This document shows positions 12,961 to 25,045 of a stretch of DNA of 64,000 bases, piece after piece. The notes below the pieces were generated by a model. The model searched no databases and was not told where the DNA came from. It saw only the letters and a list, made by a program, of their open reading frames with translations. The translations under genes were made by a program, and so were the position numbers. Origin of the DNA: the human T2T-CHM13v2.0 reference genome, Homo sapiens. The stretch lies in NCBI RefSeq assembly GCF_009914755.1, contig NC_060927.1; one strand, given 5' to 3'. Within the stretch, counting starts at the first letter, position 1. Every line of letters begins with the position of its first letter.

Positions 12961-15900
12961 AGCTTTCTTATAATTAGTATATGTTTTTTCCATTATTTTA
13001 TTTTACCTATCAGCATCTTTATGCTTTTATACTTATACTTTATACTTAATGTATGTATCTTATTTACAGCATATTATTGGGTATTGGATCCAATCTGATC
13101 ATTTCTGGCTTTTAACTTGAATGTTTAATCCATTTTTCTTTAATTATTAATATGACTGCCTTTAAGTTTACCATCTTGCTATTTGTTGTCCACCTGTCTT
13201 TATTTTTATCTCCTCTAGACTAATTGGTATTTTCATTGTATTTTATTTTATCACTTTTTTGAGCTTTTGGCTCTTCCTTTTTGTTTGGGGCTTGTTTTGT
13301 TTTGTTTCCTCTAGAGTTTATAATATTTTTCCTAAACTTATCAGTTGATCTTGAATTAATCACTTTACATATTTTATGAGAAACTTACTATGGCGTATTT
13401 CCATTTCTTCCCTCCCATCCTTTGTGTTGTGCTATAATACATTTTGGTTTTGCATGAATTACAGTGTACCAACATGTATTGTGAAAGTTTGGCTTTAAAT
13501 AACTGTCTTCTATTAAGTTAAGAACTGATCTTTTTTTAAATTTATTTGCTTATTTTTTATTTCTGACACTATCCATTCTTGGTAACATTTTAATCTGAAG
13601 AACTATTTAATGTTTCTGGTACATCTGCTGGTGACAAATTCTCTCAGCTTTGTTTTAATCTGAAAATGTCCTATTTCATTTTAATTTTTATATTTCAAAA
13701 CTTTACTAAGAAAGTTTTCAAATATATGGAAGATTTTAAGGAATTACACAGTGAGCAGTAATACAGCCTACCTAGATCCTACCATTAACATTGGTTATCT
13801 TTGCTTTATCACATGTCTATTCATTCTTCTGCCAGTATATCAATCCATCTTATTTTCTGATACATTTCAAAGTAGATGCAGACATCAGTAAACATTTAAG
13901 CTCCTTATCATTATCAGTGTTTTAATATTTATTTGTAGGTTTCTTTTCTAGGTAAAATTTGCATAAAGTAACAAATTGCATAATTCAAGTGTACCATTTG
14001 ATAATTTTTGAGAAATGCATATATATATGCATTACCTAATATCCTATTAAGATATAGAATATTACCATCACCAGAAAGTAACATTCTTCCCCTTATCAGT
14101 CAATCCTTTCTACCCCCACCTTCCCCACCTCCCCAAACAATACAACTGTCTTTATTTCCTTTTTTAGAATAGTTTTTTTTTTTTTATATTCTAGAACTCT
14201 GTGTATGTGGACCCATACAGAATGCGCTACTGTATAACTGTACCTTCACTCAGCAAATGTTCTTGATATTCACCCATGCTGTTGTGTGTATCAGGCATTT
14301 TCTCCTTTTGTTTGCCATGGAGTGGTTTTGTTTTGTTTTTGTTTTGTTTAAGAATGCAGAATGATTTGTTTATTCATTCTCTGGGTGGTGAACATTTGGG
14401 TTGTTATCAGTTTTGGGGTCTTTTGAATAAAGCTTCTGTGAACTTTCTTATCCAAGTTTCTTAATGGACTACCGCTTTTACTTCTCTGAGATGAATACCT
14501 ATGAGTGGAATTACTGACTTAGTTTTATCAGAAACTGTTAGACCTTTTTTTTTCCCCAAGTGGCTGTATCATTCCATATTCCACCATCAACATATTTACA
14601 TCTTAAGGATTTGGTGTTGTCAGCCTTCTTTGTTTTAGCAATTATAGGTGAGTGTATGGTGGTATCTTACTGTAGTTTAATTCTTCATTTCCCTGATGTC
14701 TCAAAATACTGAGCACTTACACCTCATGTGCTTATTGGCCATCTGTATGTATTTTTTGATGTGACTGTTCAAACATTTTGTTCATTTTATAAATAGTTTG
14801 TATTTTATTATTGAATCTTAGCTGTTCTTCATCTGTCCTGGATACCAGTCCTTTGTCAGACACATGTTTTGCAAATACTTTTCCCCAGTCTGTTGCATGA
14901 CAATTTGTTTTTTCGTGAAGTGTTTTAATGAGCAGAGGTTCTCATTTTTTATGAGATGTAATTTATTAACTTCTTCTTTAATGATTATTAATTTCTGTGT
15001 TCTAAGAAAGCTTTGCTTACCCATAGTCAGGAAGGTTCACCTTTGTTTAGGCCTATAGTCCATCTCTTTTCTTTTTTTTCATGAATGGTGTGTAGTAGAA
15101 ATTGAAGTTCAGTTTTCCTTTCATACCGATATCCAGTTGTTCCAGCACAATTAATTGGAAAGATTTTTACTTTCTCATTATGTTTCTCTGGTGCCTTTGT
15201 CAATATTTTCACAGGATATGTTGAAAGTGTATCTATTTCTTTTCTTTCAGCCCTTTAAGGTATTCCATTGTCTCCTGGCTAATATTATTTAAAATGCAAA
15301 CGGGGCAGTTTTTGTTGCTGCTGTTGTTCTTGTTTATTTTTGTGCCCTTTATGTATTTGTTATGTTTTTCTTTGGCAGATTTTAAGATCACCTTTTCTTT
15401 ATTGATTTTGAAAATCAAATTATGATGGCCTGTGGTGTCCTTTGTGTGTGTGTGTTTCTTACTTAGAGTTTATTAAACTTCTCAGTTCTATGTGTTTATA
15501 TTTTTCCTTTACTGTGAACAATTTTCAGCCATTTTCTTTTCAAATATGTCTAGCTTTCCCCCTCACTCTTTCTCTTCTTTTAGTACTCCAGCTGAAATTA
15601 GGATAGACCACTGCTATCCAATTAGTAGTGCCCCACAGATCACTGATCTCGTTATTTTTATTTCTTCCTTTTTCATCCTTTTCCCTGCTCTGTGTTTGTG
15701 TAGTTTCCAATGTATGCTGGCCATTTTCTTTGTGATGTCTAATCGATAGCATTTTCTTTATTTCAGAATTGTATCTTTTAGCTTTTGAATTTCCATATCT
15801 TCATTGAAAGGTCCCTATTGATATTTTCTATTTGCTGTTCACAATGTTCATGGTTTTAAAAAAATTGAACAAATACACATAGAATACTCATTTTTAGGTG

Positions 15901-17298
15901 TTTATCTGATAATTCCACCACTTTTGTCAATTTTTGTTCTGTTTTGATTAGCTATCTTTTTATTAGCTAATATAGACTTTTTTGCTTTTTTATATAGCTT
16001 TTTAAAAATTATATGCTGGATATTATGGATGTTACAATTTTGAGTTCTGAATTTCGTAAGACAGTGTTAAATTTTGTTCTAGAGGGTAATTAAATTACTT
16101 GCATAACTGCTTGCTTTTAAAAAAGCATCTTATCTTTGTTAAAGCAGGTCTAAAATAGCCTTTTCTGTAAGGTTAGATTGGACCTACTTCTAAAGCATGT
16201 CATACCTGAAGTCTCTAATTAATACTGGGGAGCTAAACACAGTCTCTTCACTCTGAGTGGCCTGTACCCAACTGTCTCACAGCCCTTCATGTGCTCCTAG
16301 AGTTGATCTGTTCCCAGCTATTCTTTGCCTAACCTTTTAAAGTATTCCCCCAAATATGTGTAGCTTTGTATTTGGCCGAAGACTCGAGATAATCCTGTGC
16401 AGATTTCTAGAGTTCCATCTCTAAATAGTTCTCTTCTCTATAAATGCAATCTGACTCAACAGCAGCCTTGAACTCTCATTTCTATCTCTTTAGCTCAGTG
16501 TGACCACTTTCTCATTTTGGGTTTCCCTTCTCTGTGCCACAGTTTAAAAGGTGCCTTTAATCGAAAAGCCAGAGTGATCGTAGCATTTACCTCTTTTTTG
16601 TCTTTTCTCTCACAGATCACATTCCTGTGTTACCAGTTGTCCAACTTTTTACAAACTGTATTTTAGATATGGAAGGAAGGCTAGTCCAGGACTAGTTACT
16701 CCTTTAAGAACAGAAGCTGAAGTCCAAAGTGCACATGTTTTAACACACTATAATAGCCAAATCAGTAACATCTGCGAGTTAATTTAGTCATAGGTCTCTG
16801 ATTTATCATAATTTTAATAAAGCATTCCCTTTGTTTACAACTCAGGAGAATGGTCATTACCACAGTTCCAAAAATTATCCATCAGTCCCAATAATTTAGA
16901 ACGGAGTAGCCATGGGTTCTGTGGCAGGGAACACTTGGAGGTGCAAGCAGCTGGCATTTAGTTGGGACATGCAGTGGATGGCAAGGCTCCAACTGCAATA
17001 ATAAAGATGACGGAAATCACTCAGATTTCCTAGAGAAACGTGATTGTAGAGCAAGAACTCAAAACAGGGAAAATGCCAAGAGCTAACCAAGGTGGTTACC
17101 TGGAAATTTGGGCTTTGAAGCCAGTTATTTACATTGAACTACAAAAGGGATGGAAAAAATACTGATTTAAGGACTAACAACCATCAAGGAGCTAAATCTG
17201 GCTACATCCTGAATCAGAATATTAGTAAAATCAATGAGAGAAGTTTAGGAGTCCAGTTTGGTCGTACTACATCATGTCTTTCTGATAGGAAATTCTTT

Positions 17299-17604
<306 letters not shown>

Positions 17605-18502
17605 TCTGATAGGAAATTCTTTAGTCTGGCATTGCATCAGAGTGAAATCTTTTTGTCAAAACACCTGAGGGTCCAGCTAGGCAGTCAGCAAATGTAGTCT
17701 GAGGGTCACTCTTTCCCTGTAAGCCAGCACTGCTTTACCTGAAAGCCCTGTAGAGAACCTCTTGCATGTGACTTAAGCTATTTAGAAAATCCAGCTAGTA
17801 GATTATTTAAGAGTTCGATACGTTAAGTAGCATTAATGACTCCTTTTTATCAAGATTGCTCTACAAAATACAGTCTGTAAATATGACAAATGACTGTATG
17901 ACACAAAACAGAATTAAAATGCCCCATTAGAAATAAAATGGGCAGTAGTAAAATGAATGAGGCAGGGGAAATTTATGAGGGTAATTGATCTCTCGGTCAT
18001 TAAGCAGGCTCTCTATTGGCATTTAACAAAAATCCATTTCAGGTACGTGCAGCCAGCAACAACCTCCACCCCCATTACAAAATGTTCATCCAGAGAGAGC
18101 CAAAATAACTGAGCAAATAATGAAAATAACAGTGGAAATTACCCTGTTGTACTGTTAACATAACGTACTCAGAAATACCAAGGACACAGTGATTTTCATG
18201 CCAGCTATCCAAATAGATCTTAGTAAACTTTCAGCAACTGCACTAACACAGCTTCTGGAATTTATGATGGAGTTTTCTTGTTTTAAGGTGCCATTATTCA
18301 TGGAAGGAGTAGAAGAGTACCTGGTAATAATTTTGCACTGCTAAGTCCCAGGCTATACCTGTGGCAGGATTAATATCCCCAGTTTAGGATAATAAAATCA
18401 AAACTCTATGATTCACCCTTTAATAAGAGAACTTCAGGTTCAGCTCCAGGCTGCTTACCATTTTCTGCTTTGAATAGATGCCTTTTTAAAAAGTGATTTC
18501 CT

Positions 18503-18748
18503 GGATGTGAAGCTGATCTGCCTGCAACATCTGTCACCCCATTGATCACCAGGGTAGATTCAGCTTATCTGGCTGGCTAAGCGGGTGTCCCCTTCCTCCC
18601 TCACTGTTTCACGTGACTCCTTCCCGAAGCTGCGCACTCAGTGGAAGAGGACGACCATCTGCAATAGAGGGGGACTGGTCTTTTGTCAAGGGTATAGGAG
18701 TAGCTGTGCTCCCCTGCTAGAACCTCCAAACAAGCTCTCAAGGTTCAT
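18503..18748 (+). pseudogene. 7SK snRNA retropseudogene, 3'-truncated and tailless
   Basis: GGATGTGA...ACATCTGTCACCCCATTGATC...CTAGAACCTCCAAACAAGCTCTCAAGG matches 7SK nt 1 to about 246; TTTTT/AAAAA L1 endonuclease site; degenerate TSD aaaagtgatt/aaacgtgatt. Confidence 0.95.
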
Positions 18749-18929
18749 AAACGTGATTCTATTTCAACTGTTGTATGATCAATAATTGAGCTTCATCGTG
18801 ATGGTGTTCAAAGATCCCCGCACTTTGGAGTCAGGGAGCCTCTACAGCAATTCCAGCTTGGAATGAGATTCTTCTAAGCTGTGTCTCAGCAAACATTTAA
18901 CATCTACAATGTTCTAGGTGCTTACAGAA

Positions 18930-19200
18930 GCCTTCCCTCACCACCTTATGCAGTACACCGCCCTTGCCCCAGTCCCACCCTTCAATCACCTCTATCACAT
19001 TACCATGGTTTATTTCTCTTATAGCACTAATCACTATTTAAAATTAACCAGCTGATTTATTTCTTTACATATTTACTGCCCTGAATTAGAATATTAGCCA
19101 CAAAAGGGCAGAGACCCTTTCCGTCTTATTCACCATTGTATCCCCAGAAGCTTCTGGCAAATGGTAGATGTCAATAGATAATAATCAAATTGACTAATAC
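18930..19200 (+). mobile_element. L2 3' fragment
   Basis: cttattcaccattgtatccccag...ggtagatgtcaata resembles the L2 3' end. Confidence 0.55.
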
Positions 19201-20587
19201 ACAATTTAAGCCACTCCTGCTTCAGACCCAGTAAATATACTGTTCCTCCTTCAAACACTTAAACTTCATTATCACAAGCTAATAAAGCAACTAAATAAAA
19301 TTGTGAAACATAATTTAGTAATAGACTTCTAAATATCCCAGAAGTGTAAAATCTTATATGTGGAAATGTTCATTGAGATACTAGGCATTCTAGGGATATC
19401 ATGGAAGAAAAAGACATAATCTCTACCTGAAAGACTGTAAAGGTATAGTTAATGAGAGGGAGTGAAGAAGCTGACCTGTAGACAAATTACAATATAATAA
19501 GTAATGCTGTAATCAAATGATAAACAAAGGGAAGAGTAAAAATTTCTACACGGGAGAGCCAGGTTTCAATAAAAATTTTATTCTATAAAAGCTTATATAA
19601 AATAATGATATTCGAGCATAGACTTGGAAACTAAAAAGAGAAAGGACTTCCAGCCAGAAGTCACAGCATGAGAAACGGGCATCATATTAAATCTTCCTGA
19701 TGTTTTTGATGAAAAAGCAATGGTAAATGAGAAAGGAAGGAAGGTGGTTAGTAATTTGGTTGTGACAGACCTTGATTATAGGGCTAATGAGTTAAGATCT
19801 GGTTTTTAAGTACTGGAGAATTACCTCACTCTATTTCTGATACTTCCAAAGAAACTGCAAAGGTGCCTAAAATATAAAAAATAAGTAGATAATGCAGAAA
19901 TCTGTTCACAATCAGATATTGCAAGTTCACCTCTAGAATATGTACTGAAGAACTGTGAACATGGGAAATAACTTCCAGAACCAAGCATATTCAGCATCTG
20001 GTGGATGTCCTTTGCTTTTGCACAGTGAAAATAATGTTTTTGAGGCCGATTTCCAAGTAGAAAGGAAAGACAATTAAATTCCTTTCATACTACACTAGAC
20101 AAGAGAATGAAACTATAGTGGAAAAATATTGAGATTTTTACTCAAATCAGCTGCATCAACAATTAAAATTCTACCAATACCGTGGACTTCTTCAGGTAGC
20201 AATGAGAACTCCATCCCAAGATATGGACCGAGGATGGAATGATAATTTTCAAAAATATTTGTAAGGAGGTTTAGGTGTCAAATTGTGACTTGAATTTGAT
20301 GACCTTCTAAGCCCTTCCTGATGTTATGATTCTGTTTTAATTTATATATTGTCAAAGACTATTCAAATAAAAAACACCTTCTATGCCAGGTGCTGGAAAC
20401 AAAAAGATAAACATAACACAGTCTAGTATTTTAAAATAGTGCTAAACTCTACAATGTTATCTCTGATTGTTCATACATAGGCAGGTGCATAGCTAAGCTG
20501 CTTGGCTTATCCAGCTATTTGCCGGGATGGTGGGTCACTGTGGTCACCACACAGAAATCAATTCTGTTTCTTTGTTGTTCATTCCAG

Positions 20588-20737
20588 TGCCAGCTCCAAG
20601 ATACACAGTGGAACTGGCTTGTGGTTTTGGAGCCACAGTCCTGCTAGTGGTGATTCTCATTGTTGTTTACCATGTTTACTGGCTAGAGATGGTCCTATTT
20701 TACCGGGCTCATTTTGGAACAGATGAAACCATTTTAG
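20588..20737 (+). CDS. IL1RAP: IL1RAP exon 10 (transmembrane), 150 nt
   Basis: ttccag|TG CCA, encoding (V)PAPRYTVELACGFGATVLLVVILIVVYHVYWLEMVLFYRAHFGTDETIL, donor G|gtaagt. Confidence 0.98.
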
Positions 20738-20951
20738 GTAAGTAACAGAAATTTGACATAAACCTCTTCTACTGTCATCTTTAGAACATATGTTGTAAAA
20801 AAAAGAAAAAAGAAAACATGTTGATTTGAAAAACCTAGATTAACTGGAAGATTTAAGCAGATTAACTTTAATTTCAACCGTTGCTATTAGAAATCTTTCC
20901 GAAGATTATTATTCTATTTTCTTGGATTAATTAGTGAGTCGGTCTAAATTA

Positions 20952-21260
20952 ACACCCTCCAAATAGAAATATAATGCGAGCCACTTACCTACTTAAAATT
21001 TCCCAGTGACCACATTAGTAAAAGTAAAAAGAAACAAGTAAAAATAACGAATTGACTAAATATATTTATAATACTATTTTTTAGCATGCAATTAATATTA
21101 AAAAGCTAATGAGATATTTTAGTGTTTTCTTTGGTACTAAAAATGTTCAAAATGTAAAATGTATTCTACTTTATCCTTATAGCACATCTCAATTCAAACC
21201 AGCCACATTTCGAGTGAGCAATAGACTCGTGACTCGTGGCTGCTGTATTGGACAGTGCTG
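20952..21260. mobile_element. MER33-like hAT-Charlie DNA transposon
   Basis: tccaaatagaaatataatgcgagccac...gtggctgctgtattggacagtgctg. Confidence 0.75.
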
Positions 21261-21274
21261 ATCCACACTCCTTG

Positions 21275-21432
21275 TACTCAGATAGAGATCTGTGAACCAG
21301 CAGCAACATATCACGTGTAGCTTATTAGAAGAAGAATCTTAGACCTAGCCCCTACTGACTCAGAATCTACATTTAAACCATATTCCCAAGTGATTCATGT
21401 GTACGTTAACATCTGAAAAGCACAGCTCTAGT
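21275..21432. mobile_element. MER5-like hAT-Charlie MITE
   Basis: accagcagca...cctactgactcagaatct...ccaagtgattc. Confidence 0.6.
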
Positions 21433-22038
21433 GCAAATTTGCTTAGTGAAAAGAATAGAGCATTTAAACATACAAATTCATAGGTCCACCCCATAAAGAT
21501 TTTAATTCAGTAGGCTTATGGAAGAAACACGGAATCGATAGTTTTTAATGAGATGTGATTTTTCTAATTAAGCAACTTCGTGAAAGATTGGTCCATTAAA
21601 TCTAATTATATTTTTAATTTTAGTTCTTTTCAGATATAAATAATTCAGGCAGTTTCACAAGGTTTTACTCAATTTGTAATTTTAAGATATTAATGAGTGA
21701 TAGGCTTGGACAGGAAGTTGAAATTTTCTCTACAGTGTTAATTGCCAGTACCTATGATTTACCTTCTGGCTTTGTTAATTTACAGTTGAATGGGACAAAC
21801 CTCACTCTTTTTCCACTGTAAAGCAACCTGTAAGATGAGAGTTGAGGATATATCAGATAACATTCAAAATTACATCTTCAAATAGTCGTTTTGCGTGGAG
21901 ACTTGTTGCAAGTAGAAAATCGCACTGGAATCTGTCACATAATGAAAATGTCTAATATGCAGAAGTTAGATTTAAGAAAAATGTAATGGTATTGAGAAAC
22001 TTTCCTAATTTACATTGTATCTGTGTTCCTTTTGCTAG

Positions 22039-22182
22039 ATGGAAAAGAGTATGATATTTATGTATCCTATGCAAGGAATGCGGAAGAAGAAGAATTTGTA
22101 TTACTGACCCTCCGTGGAGTTTTGGAGAATGAATTTGGATACAAGCTGTGCATCTTTGACCGAGACAGTCTGCCTGGGGGAA
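22039..22182 (+). CDS. IL1RAP: IL1RAP exon 11 (TIR box 1 to BB loop), 144 nt
   Basis: tgctag|AT GGA, encoding (D)[47 protein letters not shown], donor A|gtaggt. Confidence 0.98.
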
Positions 22183-24677
22183 GTAGGTATTTCAGAGGAG
22201 TACAAATGATGCTACCTTGAAAGGCAGACAGAATCATTAGTTTTGCATTATGGGAGAGAGTCATGGCACAGCATCTTTGGATATTTAATGTCCGATGCTC
22301 TTTGATGTAACAGACTCCTCTAGAAATAAAACTACGTTGGAAATGTATACTATTCAACTCAGTTTATGGTATTAAAATATTTTCCCTTGCAATCTTTCAG
22401 AGATGCATGTCAGAAAAGCATGGAGGCACAGTGGATTAGAGCTCTGTTAAAGGGCCATAGCTGTAAACATCCTGTTTATTCACATTTAGATTTTTCGGTT
22501 TAGGCTAATCTACACTGGTTGGTCTAGAACTGTTTTACAAGACTGAGAATTTTTTTTTAAAGCAGTTTTATTTTGGTTTTAGAAAGACAGAGGTTTACTT
22601 GGTTTTACTAAAAGTGAGTGGCGGAAGAGTGTGGGTAGAATTTTTCCTTATGTGATTCACTGATAATAATTACAGTATTTTCCTGTGGCATTTGCTCTTT
22701 TTTTTCCCCCTCACTTTTCTTTTCAAGCAAAATAGTGCTACTCAAATTCCCCTTTTCCTTGGGTCTATTTCTTCTTCCTGTCAGCTTATACATTTGAGGG
22801 TTACTTTAAAATTTTATAATAGCCAGTGTAACTAGAAGGTTTAAAAAGAAAGGAAATGCCTAAATTCTTGAATGTGTTAAAATAAAAGTACAACTCCTTT
22901 TTAGATCCGCACAGTAACACACAAAGTAATTTTTCATTGGTGTCTTTTTAATAAATATATAAGTTACATTCCCAAACCCACTGTTAAACTTTATCCTGTT
23001 GAAATGCTTGTAATATATCTAATCATAAGCAAGACAAACCAATTTTACTCCTCTAAAATCCTGTCTACATTCATCATTTAACAGTTTTTTTTTAAATATT
23101 GCATGGATAATTGAGATAGACTTGAAATTTTATTCTCATTTTGATTTAGTTGGATCAGTTATTTTATCTTCCCAATCATCAACCAAAAGTCCATCATAAG
23201 ATGTTTCTTTCAGTATAATTTTTCCAGGAAGTTATGACTTAATTATACAGTTAAAGGATAAATTCCACTCATTTTAATACTTAATTTCCCCAGTCATTTA
23301 TTCACCCATTTATTTGTTCGTACAGCCATTCAATAAATACTTATCTACCACGGAACTGGGTAAGACCCTCCAATAGGGGTTGATAATTCTTTGAAGAATT
23401 CACATTCTGCATAATTACTCTTGCATCTTGCATTTGTTAGTTAGCTTTTGCTTCCTTTTTTATTCTCCCTGCCGCTCTTACCCAATCTTCTTTGACTCTG
23501 GGTCTCTTGCCATGCTTGCACATGCTCAGCCTCCAGTGCCACTGCTTGGAACACACAATCATTCCTGGATTCTCCCCCAGGCTGTGCATGCTAGATTTTA
23601 ATCACAAGGCTTTCCCTACTGTTTCTGAACCTGTGAAGATTAAGGGGCAAAATGACTTCATAAAGGAATATATCAAGACATGATATAAGTTTCCACAATT
23701 CTAGTAAGTTACCTAGAGTTGGCAACCATCTGAAACACAGGTAAAGGACTATGCAATCCTCGATAAGCAACTGTGAGGAGATGGATTGGTTCCAAGAATT
23801 TAGTGACAGAAACTAATCAGGGCCCTTGACAGCAGAATAAAATTACATGGCATTTCCAGTTTTCCTGCTTTTTCTTCTTTTTTCGTTGAAGAAAGCATTT
23901 GCCTGTTAGTGCAAGTAGACACATCATCTAGCAGCTGCCGAAACACATAGCTTTATAGTAATGGTCGGAGTTTGAGGAGAAAGATCCAGCGATTAATTTA
24001 GGCTCCAGGGGAGAAAGAAGTAGAAAGCCCACCGAGGATGTGTTACCAGCCAAAATGCCATTCAGTTGGCTAGATTTTGTTAAGCTTCTAGTCTAAGGAC
24101 ATAGTGATGTTAGAGTCAGAGAGGTATCCAACAATAGAGAGGGACTTTCAGAAGATGAAGGTCTCTAACTTTGTTGTCCTGTCCTAGCAAAAGATAAAAT
24201 TCTATTTTTTTGATTATATAACATATACCTTTTTGAGTGTCCATTGGTACTAGAGAGTTTATGCATGGTGCATGGGTTTCTTTGGTGAAGAAAGGGCTCA
24301 TGAGCTGACGTGGCTAGACCATAAGATGCCACACACTTTAAAGAAACTGCTTTCAGTATAATGTGTCTACTCCTTGTGTCTCAAGTGTTGTTTTTGAAGA
24401 TCAAGGTCACAACACTATACTACCTTTTGGCTTCATGCCTGTTTGGAATTCTTTTTAGAAATATGTGTATATAGTTTCTGTTTTCCCTGAAGACAGTGGT
24501 ATTTAACAAAGAGAGTTTGCAGGTATAAGGATTAAGTTGTTCACATTTTTGCTGGTAAAATGTTTCACCTCAATTCTTAGGCTGGTACCCTAAGTTCCCT
24601 ACATTTGCTCCTCAAGCCTCAATGCTTTTGGGGAGTTTTTGGCCAACACTAATCCCCATGGTTGTTTTCTTTCCCAG

Positions 24678-25045
24678 TTGTCACAGATGAGACTTTGAGC
24701 TTCATTCAGAAAAGCAGACGCCTCCTGGTTGTTCTAAGCCCCAACTACGTGCTCCAGGGAACCCAAGCCCTCCTGGAGCTCAAGGCTGGCCTAGAAAATA
24801 TGGCCTCTCGGGGCAACATCAACGTCATTTTAGTACAGTACAAAGCTGTGAAGGAAACGAAGGTGAAAGAGCTGAAGAGGGCTAAGACGGTGCTCACGGT
24901 CATTAAATGGAAAGGGGAAAAATCCAAGTATCCACAGGGCAGGTTCTGGAAGCAGCTGCAGGTGGCCATGCCAGTGAAGAAAAGTCCCAGGCGGTCTAGC
25001 AGTGATGAGCAGGGCCTCTCGTATTCATCTTTGAAAAATGTATGA
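24678..25045 (+). CDS. IL1RAP: IL1RAP exon 12 coding part (canonical membrane isoform, TIR C-terminal half)
   Basis: Branch point cactaat and ttcccag|TT GTC, encoding (I)VTDETLSFIQKSRRLLVVLSPNY...SSLKNV*; 122 codons fit the known 570-aa protein. Confidence 0.98.

Noticed and set aside
14014-14033. 20-bp perfect palindrome AATGCATATATATATGCATT
   Set aside because: Largely explained by a self-complementary (AT)n run inside L1
17900-18300. Unique-looking intronic segment with TACGTG (HIF-like) and TAAT words
   Set aside because: Short motifs expected by chance; cannot be called an enhancer without conservation or chromatin data
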